In this document: positions 10,728-20,191 of the stretch, piece by piece
Position numbering within the stretch: position 1 is the stretch's first letter
Layout: the number at the start of each line of letters is the position of its first letter
NCBI GenBank assembly: GCA_963828465.1
Contig: CAWHEU010000002.1
Location: forward strand, 96,001 to 160,000
DNA length: 64,000 nucleotides
Direction of reading: 5' to 3'
Source: an uncultured Acidobacteriota bacterium
GTDB taxonomy: Bacteria > Actinomycetota > Acidimicrobiia > Spongiisociales > ZC4RG35
Made by a program: the position numbers and the translations under genes
Notes under the pieces: model-generated
Database searches by the model: none
Seen by the model: only the letters and a program-made list of their open reading frames with translations
Told to the model about the DNA's origin: nothing

Positions 10728-12072
10728 AGTGACTCGAGGAACTCGATCAATTCCGAGCGTTGCTCCGGGCTGAGATCGACGAAGGCCTGCTTCGATGCCT
10801 CCGCTTCTCCTCCATGCCAGAGGATCGCCTCCTCCAGCGAGCGGGCCCGCCCGTCGTGCAGGAAGTTGAGGTTGCCGTTGACCGTCTCGGTCAGTCCGAT
10901 GCCCCATAGGGGCGGGGTTCGCCACTCCGAGCCCGTGGCCTCGCCGTCGGGTCGGCCGTCGGCGAGATCAGGTCCCATGTCGTGGAGCAGCAGGTCGGTG
11001 AATGGGTAGATCTCCTGGTCGGCGAGCGCCTCGATGTCGGACGAGCCGGTTTCCTGCCGTGGTTGATGACATGACACACAGCCGGCCTCTTCGAACAGTG
11101 ACGCGCCGGCCACCACACCTGGCTCGTCGAGGTTGCGCCGGGCCGGCACCGCGAGCGTCCGGTTGTAGAAGACCACCTGGTCGAAGAGGTCCTGTGTGAT
11201 CTCTGGTGAGCCACCGTTGATTGCCGATGCGCACTCGACCTGAGTCGGGGTGCAGTTGTCCGCGGGGAAGAGGGGCGAGGTGATGCCGATGTCACCGATG
11301 AAGGCGGCGGCCACCTGTTGTTCCACGGTCGGGACGTTTGCCTTCCACCCAAAGCGGCCCAGCGCCGACTCACCGGTGGAGACGTCGAGCACCCGGTTGG
11401 GCCGTCCCGAGATGCCGTCCTCGTCGGCGTCGTCGGGATCGGCCATGGCGAGCACGTCACTCTCCGGGATGGCTTCGAGGAGCCCGGCGCCGAAGACCGG
11501 AGGGGCCAGGCGGGGGGTCAGGATGGTCTCTACCGACACATCGCCGTAGGCGAGGTCCTCGAGCTCGTGGACGGGACGTCTCAGCTGGTAGGTGGATCCG
11601 TCGGGATAAGTCCCGGTCTCCTCGGTGTAGATGGTGCGGACCGACGCTTCCGGCTCGACGCCAAGGATCGCCCGGTCCTGGATCTGGTCTCCGTACACCG
11701 GATCGGGTTCGGCAATGTCGTCGTGGATGGTCGCGATTCTGAAGAGCAGACCCGGCTCATCGCCATCTGCCGACCCTCTCCCGTCGAGGAGATGGCACGA
11801 CGAGCACGATTGGGCGTTGAGCAGCGGCCCGAGACCGTCCCGCACATCGGTCGACGCGGGGGCAGTGACCCAATTCTGGGTGAAGAAGCTGTCACCGACC
11901 TCGAACACCGGCGTTCCTCGTCGGTCAGGTTCCGGGCCGAGTTGCCGAACGCGTTTCGATTCGAGGCGTCGGTGGTGCCCTCGCCCCCGCTCTCGGAAAC
12001 GAGCAGGTCCGAGCTTCCCGAACAGGCGACCGCCATGACGAGAGCGAGCCCGACCAGGGGCCGGGCTCGCAT
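10724..12072 (-). CDS. Di-heme oxidoreductase (DHOR) family lipoprotein (frameshift ~11908)
   Basis: Lipobox AVAC; DGLGPL.NAQSCSSCH and CVSCH heme motifs; GRFGWKA, WRTPPLWG, LHDGRARSLEEAILWHGGE. Confidence 0.9.
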
Positions 12073-12103
12073 TTCCCACGTCAGGCGCTGCGGTCTCAAG
12101 TCC

Positions 12104-13249
12104 TCAGCTCAGATTCAGGTCCACCTCGAGGGCATCGGCTGCCTCGACGATCGTGTCGGTTTGGTCTTCGAGGCTTACGATCGTGTCGAATATTGCAACA
12201 CGTCCCGGGTCTTCGTCACTGACACCCTCGACGAGGTGCTGATCGAAGGGCGGGGGAATCTCCCCGGCGAGGGCGACACTGACCGCGATCTCGTCGGCCA
12301 GTCGGTCGGCCAGCTCCTGATTGTCGGCGGCGACCAGGTCGTAGATCCCGGGGCCGTCGACCCCGCCGACCTGGCCCAGGTACACGCGCTCGACACCAGA
12401 GGCGTTCCCGATGATGTCATTGGTCGTGTTGTCTGAGAAGCAGGAGTGCTCGTCCTCCTGGGAGCGGGCTTCGTAGGCCACGGTCATCCGCTCGCCGGCC
12501 AACTCTCCCCGACTCATCTCTCCCATTCCGGTCATGATCATGCCCAGCGCCTCTTCCGGGGGTAGAGCGAGGAACTCAACCCGGTAGTTGTCCCCGTCGG
12601 GAGCCCAGGCATCGACCATCTGGCCCAGATGAGTGAGAAGGAGGTCTGACGCCACGGTCAGGTATGCGGCGCGTCGGTCCGCATTTGTCCCGGTCGTGTA
12701 GTCCTCGACGGGCCGGGCCCCGGCTCCGTCTGTGGACAGGTCCTGGCCCCAGAGGAGAAACTCGATGGCGTGCCACCCGGTCGAGATGTTTGCCTCGCCG
12801 CCCTGCTCATTCAGAGAGACCAACAGGTCGGCGTCGATGGTCGGGTACTCGTCGGGCAGATTGATGACGCCGGCATCGGGTGAGCCATCGACGTAGTCGA
12901 TGTAGGCCTCGTCGAGTGGCCATGCGTTCAAGAGCCCTTCGACGCCATTCTCTTCGTTGTCGATCGGCCCACCGTAGAAGCGGAACGCTTCCGTGGGCCC
13001 GTAGTCGTCCCGGGCCGTGAGCCAGGCACCCTGAGCAGCGGCGAAGGTCTCCGCGTTTGGATCGGCGACGAAGGCGTCTATCGCCTCGTCCATCGTTGTG
13101 GCGCTGTCCAGGCTCATCTGATACGACTCGTGGACGAGGTCGGCGTAATTCTCGACCACTTCCGCCCGCATGTCGTCCGATGCACCGGTCCCGCAGGCCA
13201 CCAGGCCCACCGCCATCGCCACCGTCAAGCCAATCAGCCTCGACCTCAT
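12104..13249 (-). CDS. Imelysin-family iron-regulated lipoprotein (IrpA-like)
   Basis: Lipobox LVAC; EAFRFYGGPID, LNAWPLDEAYIDY, GWHAIEFLLWGQD (GxHxxE), EDEHSCFSDNT; RBS GGAG. Confidence 0.92.
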   Translation of the reverse strand: MRSRLIGLTVAMAVGLVACGTGASDDMRAEVVENYADLVHESYQMSLDSATTMDEAIDAFVADPNAETFAAAQGAWLTARDDYGPTEAFRFYGGPIDNEENGVEGLLNAWPLDEAYIDYVDGSPDAGVINLPDEYPTIDADLLVSLNEQGGEANISTGWHAIEFLLWGQDLSTDGAGARPVEDYTTGTNADRRAAYLTVASDLLLTHLGQMVDAWAPDGDNYRVEFLALPPEEALGMIMTGMGEMSRGELAGERMTVAYEARSQEDEHSCFSDNTTNDIIGNASGVERVYLGQVGGVDGPGIYDLVAADNQELADRLADEIAVSVALAGEIPPPFDQHLVEGVSDEDPGRVAIFDTIVSLEDQTDTIVEAADALEVDLNLS

Positions 13250-13291
13250 CTCTCCAAGCTCCCACTCCAAGTCGTTAGGTACCGAAAGATA

Positions 13292-13317
13292 ATTTGCACT
13301 ACCCAGGTAGTGCAAAT
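13292..13317. promoter_or_regulatory. Perfect 12-2-12 palindrome, candidate metal-repressor operator between imelysin operon and ferritin
   Basis: ATTTGCACTACC-CA-GGTAGTGCAAAT; on the minus strand it spans TTGCAC-N18-TATCTT. Confidence 0.75.
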
Positions 13318-13379
13318 ACATCTTCGCCGGACTGTGGTCCGAATATGATCCGGCCGCCACGTCGAGAGAGGATCGCCCC

Positions 13380-13886
13380 ATGAAGCTGAACGAGGAGATG
13401 GAGAACGCGCTGAACGCCCAGGTCACGATGGAACTGGCGTCGGCGGCCTCCTATCTGCAGATGGCGGCCTATTTCTCTCATCAGAACCTGGACGGGATGA
13501 GCCGTTGGATGAGGGCGCAAGCCGAAGAGGAGCGCAGCCACGCCGATCGGTTCCTCGACTTCATCCTCGATCGCGGAGGAAAGGCCGTGATCGGGGAAGT
13601 GGAGGCGCCCCGTGGCGAGTTCAGCGGGGCCGAGGAGGTGTTCGCCACCGCCCTCTCCCAGGAGGAGGCAGTGACCGCGGCGATCCACGACCTCTACCGC
13701 CTCGCCGACAAACTCGGCGACTTGGCCAGCATCCCCTTCCTGCTCGACTTCATCTCCGAGCAGACCGAGGAGGAGGCCATGGTGAGCGCCATCGTCGACC
13801 GACTAGCCCTGGCCGACGGGCAATCAGGGGCGTTGTTCATCCTGGATCACGAGCTGGGGGGGCGGGAGGGCGACCTCGGAGTCTGA
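13380..13886 (+). CDS. ftnA: Non-heme ferritin
   Basis: LNAQVTME..S...YLQM, QAEEERSHA, EEAVT..I..LY, EQTEEE ferroxidase motifs. Confidence 0.92.
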   Translation: MKLNEEMENALNAQVTMELASAASYLQMAAYFSHQNLDGMSRWMRAQAEEERSHADRFLDFILDRGGKAVIGEVEAPRGEFSGAEEVFATALSQEEAVTAAIHDLYRLADKLGDLASIPFLLDFISEQTEEEAMVSAIVDRLALADGQSGALFILDHELGGREGDLGV

Positions 13887-13961
13887 GACCGGGCCTGCCG
13901 ATCCCGGCTCGACTTGCCGAGCTCCTTCATCGCCCGATCCTGAAAGGCATGCTCGGGAAGA

Positions 13962-15059
13962 TCAGGCAGGCGTGATGCAGTCGTCCATGGAGCGAGGTGG
14001 CGCCTCGACCTCGTAGAGCTCGGGCTCGGGCGCGGGGATGGGGTTGTCGTCGGTCACCACGAAGCGGACCAATGCCCGGTACACCCCTTCGGCATAGGCC
14101 TGGCGGAAGGCGTCGGTCATGATGAGCGCTTCCTCGGATGGGTTGGAGATGTAGGCCCCCTCGATGATCGCGGCCGGGACCTCAGAAGTGGCCAGGAGCG
14201 TGTAGTAGTCGTCGCCGTCTTCCTCGACTCGGGCGGTGAGGCTCGACTCGCCGCCTACCCAGTCTGCCTCGAAGCCCTCGAAGGAGCGACGGAGCTCATC
14301 GACGAGGAGGCCGCCGAGTCGGGGCGACTGTTCGTTGTTCGCCGACACGAACGCTCCGGTGCCGGGCCCCTCTGTGTCGGCGGTGGGCTCGGTGTTGTGA
14401 TGGATGGATACGAGTGCTGTCGCCTCCACCGCGTTCCCCAGCTCCGCCCGGAACGTGAGGCCGAGCTCGTAGTCGCCCGCATTCGGGCCGTCCACGGAAC
14501 GGGTTGGGATCGCTGCCGCCGGGGCCTGATACGTGCTGCCGGGGGTGACCGCGCCGGACACCCAGTCGACGTCACGGGCCGAGGACAACAATTCGATGAC
14601 TCGTGACGACACATCGATGTTGACCTCGGCCTCGGTCAGCCCACTCGGGCCGACGGCTCCCAGGTCGGGGGCGCCGTGGCCGGCGTCGATCACGAAAACC
14701 GAGCCTCCCATGTCCTGACTTCTCGAAGTCGGGACGAAGCCGGGCTCCACCTGATCGACCGCGATCCAGCCCGGCCGGTTGCAGTTGTCGAGCACCTCGT
14801 AACCCCCGGCCACCTCCCCGGTCACGGGGAAGATCAGGTTCGCAGCGATCCCCTGACCGGTCTCACCTGCCGAGGGTGAAAGAGTCGCCTCGGCACCGGT
14901 GACCACATAGCCGACACGGCCGTTCTCCACGGGCGCGGTGGTCGTGTTTGTCGCCGGCTCCGCCCCGAATGGGGGGAACGGGATCAAACGCCAGGCAAGC
15001 ACGCCTGCGAACACGCCGAGGACGATGACGAGGACCGCGACCAGTCGGGCAGATCTCAA
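13962..15059 (-). CDS. Membrane-anchored N-acetylmuramoyl-L-alanine amidase (Amidase_3); start approximate
   Basis: N-terminal TM; VIDAGHG, TEAEVN, VSIHHN, IIEGAYISN zinc/catalytic motifs. Confidence 0.85.
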   Translation of the reverse strand: MRSARLVAVLVIVLGVFAGVLAWRLIPFPPFGAEPATNTTTAPVENGRVGYVVTGAEATLSPSAGETGQGIAANLIFPVTGEVAGGYEVLDNCNRPGWIAVDQVEPGFVPTSRSQDMGGSVFVIDAGHGAPDLGAVGPSGLTEAEVNIDVSSRVIELLSSARDVDWVSGAVTPGSTYQAPAAAIPTRSVDGPNAGDYELGLTFRAELGNAVEATALVSIHHNTEPTADTEGPGTGAFVSANNEQSPRLGGLLVDELRRSFEGFEADWVGGESSLTARVEEDGDDYYTLLATSEVPAAIIEGAYISNPSEEALIMTDAFRQAYAEGVYRALVRFVVTDDNPIPAPEPELYEVEAPPRSMDDCITPA

Positions 15060-15152
15060 AACAGGTAAGACAGCAGGGTGCGTAGGACACCACAACCTCC
15101 GGCCAACGCAAAACCCGTGTTCGGGACCCGACGAATTGCCTACGGTTGAGAC

Positions 15153-15977
15153 ATGGCGACACTCGATGCCAGGAAGCGAGCCAGCTTGCCCGATAGCGCC
15201 TTTGCCTATGTCGACTCCGCGGGCAATCGGCGGCTGCCGATCAACGACGAGTCGCATGTCCGTAACGCTCTGTCCCGCTTCAATCAGGTCAAGTTCGAGA
15301 GCGAGGAGGCGAGGGAGCGAGCCTTTCGCCGCCTGCTCAAGGCCGCCACCAACTACGGGATCGCCCCGATCGGGTTCATCACCCGCCAGCTTCGCCAGGC
15401 CCGCGGGGCAGATTCCTCCGACCTGCCCTCGGGAGCCGTCACCTTGCTACTCAGCGACATCGAAGGCTCGACCAAGCTGGTCCAGGATCTCGGCGAGGGC
15501 TATTCCTCGGTCCTCGAAGAGGTACGGGCACTCATCCGGGAGACGGTCGGTCGTCACGCTGGATATGAGGTCGATTCGAGGGCCGACGAGTTCTTCGCCG
15601 TGTTTGCCGAGGCTGCCAGCGGAGTCGCCGCGGCCATCGAGATCCAGAGAGGGCTGCAGGATGCGATGTGGCCCGGCGGACATCAGGTGCGTGTCAGGAT
15701 CGGGCTGAACAGCGGGAGCCCGGCGGTCACAGACACCGGGTACGTCGGTCTTCCGGTGCATGTGATGGCCCGCGTGTGCAACGCGGGCCACGGCGGGCAG
15801 GTCTTGCTGACCGAAGCGACCCGGTCCGAGTTGGGTGCGCTCCCAGACGGCATCGAGCTCGATGCCCTCGGCGAATTCGCCCTAGCGGGGCTCCCCGAGC
15901 CCGAGACTCTGTTTCAGGTCAAGACGCACGGACTGATCGAGCAGTTTCCCCCACTGCGAGTCGCGGACCCGGCCTGA
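15153..15977 (+). CDS. DUF6582-like domain fused to a class III nucleotide cyclase domain
   Basis: N-term LPDSAFAY..RRLPINDESHVRNALSRFNQV; C-term SDIEGST, ADEFFAVF, VRIGLNSG, HVMARV..GHGGQVLLT. Confidence 0.85.
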   Translation: MATLDARKRASLPDSAFAYVDSAGNRRLPINDESHVRNALSRFNQVKFESEEARERAFRRLLKAATNYGIAPIGFITRQLRQARGADSSDLPSGAVTLLLSDIEGSTKLVQDLGEGYSSVLEEVRALIRETVGRHAGYEVDSRADEFFAVFAEAASGVAAAIEIQRGLQDAMWPGGHQVRVRIGLNSGSPAVTDTGYVGLPVHVMARVCNAGHGGQVLLTEATRSELGALPDGIELDALGEFALAGLPEPETLFQVKTHGLIEQFPPLRVADPA

Positions 15978-15987
15978 ACAATCGGGT

Positions 15988-16407
15988 CTATAGGGCCCTC
16001 ATCCGGTTGTTGCGGGCGTTGTGCTCCACCTCGGCCAGACCCAATGCCTCGAGGACCGGCGGGACATAGTTGCCGACCCGCCCCCGGAGACCCTTTTTCA
16101 GCCCGTACCAGCCTCCGATCGGGTTGTCGGAGGAGCGGGCCCAGGCCTCGACGGTGCCCTCGGCCGCCGGCTTCTGCTCGTCCGCGTTTCCGAGCGGGAC
16201 CCAATCGCCTTTCTCCTTCAACATGGCGTGCAAGTCCTGGATGATGCGCAGGTCGTAGTGGAGGATGGTGGTCCCGACCGTGCACACCAGGACAGGCGGG
16301 TCCTGGTCCTCGTCGCGATGCATCAGAATCTCCGAGCCGAGGCTCGGCGTCTTCAGCACCCAGGGATCGTCGGCGGTTCCTGTGCCGGTGAAGGGTGCGG
16401 CTGTCAT
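15988..16407 (-). CDS. DUF6855-like conserved hypothetical protein
   Basis: GT.DDPWVLKTP, GDWVPLGNADEQKPA..GTVEAWARS..NPIGGWYGLKKG.RGR, EHNARNNRMRA; RBS AGGAG. Confidence 0.8.
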   Translation of the reverse strand: MTAAPFTGTGTADDPWVLKTPSLGSEILMHRDEDQDPPVLVCTVGTTILHYDLRIIQDLHAMLKEKGDWVPLGNADEQKPAAEGTVEAWARSSDNPIGGWYGLKKGLRGRVGNYVPPVLEALGLAEVEHNARNNRMRAL

Positions 16408-16434
16408 ACCTGCTCCTGTCGGTCGTGGGCGAGG

Positions 16435-18327
16435 CTACCCGACAGGCATCCAGACCCGCATGGTCGAAGGCCCGCGGTTGGCCCAGTCGTGATACGGGGT
16501 GAGGGGTATCACAGCGTTCGAGCTTCCAGACACCACAGGGCCGGGAACCGGCCAAGGACGGTCTTCGAAGGCCACAAGGCTTCCGCCTGCGCTGACCACC
16601 CCGTCGCTCTCCACCAGATCCGAGTCCCGATCGACCCGAACCGTGTCCACCGACTGTTCCCCGGGCAGGTCGACCGATTCGACGCAGAGCACCAGCGGGC
16701 CACGCTCGACAGCCACACAACCTCGGACCGAGTCGACGCGCGGGTCGGGCCAAGTCCACCTTGGCGTCATATCGAGCTCCAGCTCGACCACGTCGTCGAC
16801 GGCGAAGCTCCGCTCGACGACGACCTGGCCCGGTCCGACCTTCTTTCGCTCGCCCCCCACGACGAGCCACGAGTCCGACGACCAGGGCGGGACCCTCAAC
16901 GTCAGGGCCCATGCGGACCCATCGGTCTCGTTCACCCGGACCGAGATCCTCCCCTCAGCCGGGTACATAGTGCTTACGTCGACACTGACCCGTCGCCCGT
17001 TCCCGAGTGTTGTCGAGATCCTGCTGTCCGCGTACTGGTGTATCTGTAGTCCCGAGTCGTCTGTAGTGGCCAGATATGAGGCCAGCGAGGCAAAGGTCCT
17101 GGCGACGTTGGTCGGGCAACATGAGACGGCGAACCAAGGCTCGCGCAGGCTGGAAGCAGCGCGGTTGCTGACGAAGTCGGGTGACGGCACAACCCCGGGG
17201 ACCCGCTGATGCAGAGGGTTGGCGTAGAAAAAGGAGCGACCATCTGGCGCCGGTGAGGTGGCCACCACGTTGTAGAGGGTTCGCTCGGCGAGATCGGCAA
17301 ACCGTGTTTCCCCGGTGGCCAGGAGCAGGCGCCAGGCGAGCATGACCGAGGCGATCCCGGCACAGGTCTCGGAGTAAGCGCGGTCGGGGGGGAGGACGAA
17401 ATCCTCGCCGAACTTCTCGCCATCGTGATGGGACCCCATGCCCCCGGTGAGATAGGTGCGACGCGCCACGGTCCGCTCCCATTGACCGATGATCGATTCG
17501 AGGAGCGCCTCGTCGCCGGTCTCCGCCGCCACATCCACGGCGGACGCCGCCAGGTAGAGCGCCCGGACCGAGTGACCGGTGAACGCGACCTGGTCCCGCA
17601 CCGGGAGGTCGTCCTGGAAGTACGACCGCCCCCAGTGGATGTCGGCGAGGGTCTGATGTCCTCGGCGATCGATGAACAGCGATGCCTGGTGGAGATAGCG
17701 CTCCTCGCCAGTCACCCGCGCCAGCTCGACCAAGCCGAGCTCGATCTCCGGATGGCCGCCGACCCGCTCGACGCCCCCGTCACCGAAGACGTTGCAGACG
17801 TGGTCGGCGACCCGCTTCGCCACTTCCACGAATTCGTCGGCCCGGCCGGTCCGTGCTCGGGCGACAGCGGCCTGCAGCATGTGCCCGTAGCAGTACAGCT
17901 CGTGACCCCACTCCAGGTCGCTGTATCGATCGGGCTGGCCGGGACGACCGAAGACCGTGTTGAGGTAGCCATCTTCTTCCTGGACCGGGGCGATGACTCC
18001 GGTGAGGTCGGTGAAGCGCCGATCCGCGTCGGCCGAGCCTGATCGGCCGACTTCCCAGGCGGCCGCCTCCATCAACTTGTAGACGTCGGAGTCAGTGAAG
18101 ACCACACCATTGCGGTCCTCCGGCAGCCGACCTTCGGCGGCGGCCTGAAAATTGCCCACCCAGCTGAGCCGCTCCATCCACTCGTGACAGTGGCCGATTG
18201 TGGCTTCCGAGTTGACCTCCTGACGGCGACCCCAGAACCCCCCTGTGATCTCCACCTCGGCGAGTCCAAGGGGGCGGAGACGACTCGTGGACGGGACGAC
18301 GGGTCTGCCGTCCATGCTGTCGCTCAT
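16435..18327 (-). CDS. GH127 beta-L-arabinofuranosidase (HypBA1-like)
   Basis: DSDVYK..EA, HELYC.GH, GHPEIEL, GHSVRALY, GEKFG, YSETCA, SCCPTN (Zn/Cys catalytic set). Confidence 0.93.
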   Translation of the reverse strand: MSDSMDGRPVVPSTSRLRPLGLAEVEITGGFWGRRQEVNSEATIGHCHEWMERLSWVGNFQAAAEGRLPEDRNGVVFTDSDVYKLMEAAAWEVGRSGSADADRRFTDLTGVIAPVQEEDGYLNTVFGRPGQPDRYSDLEWGHELYCYGHMLQAAVARARTGRADEFVEVAKRVADHVCNVFGDGGVERVGGHPEIELGLVELARVTGEERYLHQASLFIDRRGHQTLADIHWGRSYFQDDLPVRDQVAFTGHSVRALYLAASAVDVAAETGDEALLESIIGQWERTVARRTYLTGGMGSHHDGEKFGEDFVLPPDRAYSETCAGIASVMLAWRLLLATGETRFADLAERTLYNVVATSPAPDGRSFFYANPLHQRVPGVVPSPDFVSNRAASSLREPWFAVSCCPTNVARTFASLASYLATTDDSGLQIHQYADSRISTTLGNGRRVSVDVSTMYPAEGRISVRVNETDGSAWALTLRVPPWSSDSWLVVGGERKKVGPGQVVVERSFAVDDVVELELDMTPRWTWPDPRVDSVRGCVAVERGPLVLCVESVDLPGEQSVDTVRVDRDSDLVESDGVVSAGGSLVAFEDRPWPVPGPVVSGSSNAVIPLTPYHDWANRGPSTMRVWMPVG

Positions 18328-19154
18328 GAGATGTGATCCTTCCAGGCGTGCTTGGGCTCGTAGTCGAGCAACTCGCGGGCTCGACCGATGGCGAGGAGGG
18401 TCTCCCTGGCCTCGACCTCCCGTTTCATCGGAACATCGGGATAGACCTCTGCCATTAGGTCAGCGGAATCACGAGTCATGACCGTGTCCGCGGCGGCGAT
18501 GACGAAGACCTCGGCACCCTCGATATCGGACTCCAATCCGAGATGGATCGCCTCGGCGACGTCGCGGACGTCGACATACCCCCACAGGTTCCATTTCCTG
18601 AGGAGAGGGTCGTCCCAGAACCCAGGGAAGTGCTCGTAGTCGTCGGGCTCCATGATGTTGGAGAAGCGAAGCCCTACAAACGGCAGGCTGGTTCGCCTGG
18701 AGAACTGGGAGGCCATCTCTTCGCCCACCAGTTTGGACAGGGCATAGGAGCTCTCGGGGCGTGGGTCGATCGTCTCGTCGATCGGAGCGAACAAAGGAGG
18801 CGTGTCGAATGGGAGCCCGAGGACGGTCTCACTCGAGGCCCATACGACCCGCTCCGTCGATGCCGCCACCGCGGCGGCGAAGACGTTGAAGGTCGAGACT
18901 GTGTTGATCCGAAACGTCTCGGCCTCGGACCTGATGCCTGGAGCCGGTATCGCGGCCAGATGGACTACCGCATCGGCACCCGTGATGAGCTCCTGGGTCT
19001 GACCGGGATCGGTCAGGTCGGCGACGAGACAGAGGCCGTGGCCGCTTCCGTCGTGCGTCCAATCGATGTTGCGCACGTCGTGACCACGCTCCCGCAGGTC
19101 GCGAACCACCCACCGACCCGTCTTCCCGCTACCACCGGTCACCACGATCTTCAT
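18324..19154 (-). CDS. NAD-dependent epimerase/dehydratase (extended SDR)
   Basis: VTGGSGKTG, VHLAAIP, ASSE, YALSK, YVDVRD. Confidence 0.9.
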   Translation of the reverse strand: MKIVVTGGSGKTGRWVVRDLRERGHDVRNIDWTHDGSGHGLCLVADLTDPGQTQELITGADAVVHLAAIPAPGIRSEAETFRINTVSTFNVFAAAVAASTERVVWASSETVLGLPFDTPPLFAPIDETIDPRPESSYALSKLVGEEMASQFSRRTSLPFVGLRFSNIMEPDDYEHFPGFWDDPLLRKWNLWGYVDVRDVAEAIHLGLESDIEGAEVFVIAAADTVMTRDSADLMAEVYPDVPMKREVEARETLLAIGRARELLDYEPKHAWKDHIS

Positions 19155-19179
19155 CGCCTGCTCCGTCCAGGAATGGTCA

Positions 19180-19193
19180 TGAAATCGTATGCT
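19180..19193. promoter_or_regulatory. Candidate LacI-type operator in divergent epimerase/LLM intergenic region
   Basis: TGAAATCGTATGCT resembles sites at 21251 and 26370. Confidence 0.55.
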
Positions 19194-19237
19194 ACATTGC
19201 CTTTTTCGCCTTCGAACCGCCGAGAGTGGAGCCGTTT

Positions 19238-20191
19238 ATGACGCAATTGAGAATGGGTGCCGTGCTGTGGAGCCAGGGAACCGATTGGGCTGGCTTCCTC
19301 GCCGCGGCCCAACGTGCTGACGAGTTGGGATATGACTCGATCTGGACCTGGGATCACCTGTACGCCATTTTCGGGGATCCCGATCAGCCGATCGTGGAGG
19401 GCTACACGGCACTCGCCGGCATGGCCATGGGAACCGAGCGCGCCGATATCGGGCTACTGGTCGGTGCCAACACGTTTCGCAACCCGGGCATCGTCGCCAA
19501 GTCGGTGGTCACTGTCGACGAAATGAGCGGCGGACGGGCCATCCTCGGCCTGGGAGGTGCCTGGTTCGGGTTGGAGCACACCGCATTCGGGATCGATTTC
19601 GGCACCGGGTTCGGCCAGCGGCTGGACTGGATGGATGAGGCGACAGCCGCGATCCGATCCCTCCTCGACGGCGAGACTGTGAGCAGCAACGGCGATGGGC
19701 GATACGACTTCTCCGATCTACATCTCAATCCGCTGCCGGTCCAGGAGCACCTGCCGATCATGATCGGAGGGTCGGGGGAGAAGAAGACCCTGCGCACCGT
19801 CGCTGCCTATGCCGACCAGTGGAACGCGTTCGGCAGCCCGGAGACCCTGGCCCACAAGGACGAGGTCCTACGCGGCCACTGCTCGGATGTCGGCCGCAAT
19901 CCCGACGAGATCGAACGCACGGTCGGAGCCAAGATCGTCATCCGTGAGACGGAGGCCGAGGCCCGGCGGGTGCTCGAGGATTTGATGGAGCACAACCGGA
20001 CGCCGATGGCGAACATCGAGGACGACGAGACATTCTGGATAGGCACCGCGGGCGAGATGACCGAGAAGCTGCTGGCCTATCGCGAGGTCGGGTTCAATAC
20101 CGTCCTGGTCGAGATGCCCGCTCCCTATGACCGGGAGACAATGGACAAGCTCGCCGAGGTGGTCAGGCCGGCCGTGGACTCGGCCTCCTGA
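19238..20191 (+). CDS. LLM-class (probably F420-dependent) oxidoreductase
   Basis: GYDSIWTWDHL, FRNPG..AK...D.MSGGR..LGLGGAW..EH, PIMIGGSGEKKTLR.VA.YAD.WN. Confidence 0.9.
   Translation: MTQLRMGAVLWSQGTDWAGFLAAAQRADELGYDSIWTWDHLYAIFGDPDQPIVEGYTALAGMAMGTERADIGLLVGANTFRNPGIVAKSVVTVDEMSGGRAILGLGGAWFGLEHTAFGIDFGTGFGQRLDWMDEATAAIRSLLDGETVSSNGDGRYDFSDLHLNPLPVQEHLPIMIGGSGEKKTLRTVAAYADQWNAFGSPETLAHKDEVLRGHCSDVGRNPDEIERTVGAKIVIRETEAEARRVLEDLMEHNRTPMANIEDDETFWIGTAGEMTEKLLAYREVGFNTVLVEMPAPYDRETMDKLAEVVRPAVDSAS

Noticed and set aside
2101-12436. Many long alternative-frame ORFs (e.g. 2101..3108, 5884..7242, 9975..11009, 11318..12436)
   Set aside because: These are antisense shadows of well-supported genes, expected with high GC3, and carry no recognisable motifs.
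15153-16407. Cyclase plus neighbour as a Pycsar/CBASS-like anti-phage system
   Set aside because: There is no co-oriented TIR, TM or cNMP-binding effector. The neighbours are divergent or convergent and there is no defence-island context.
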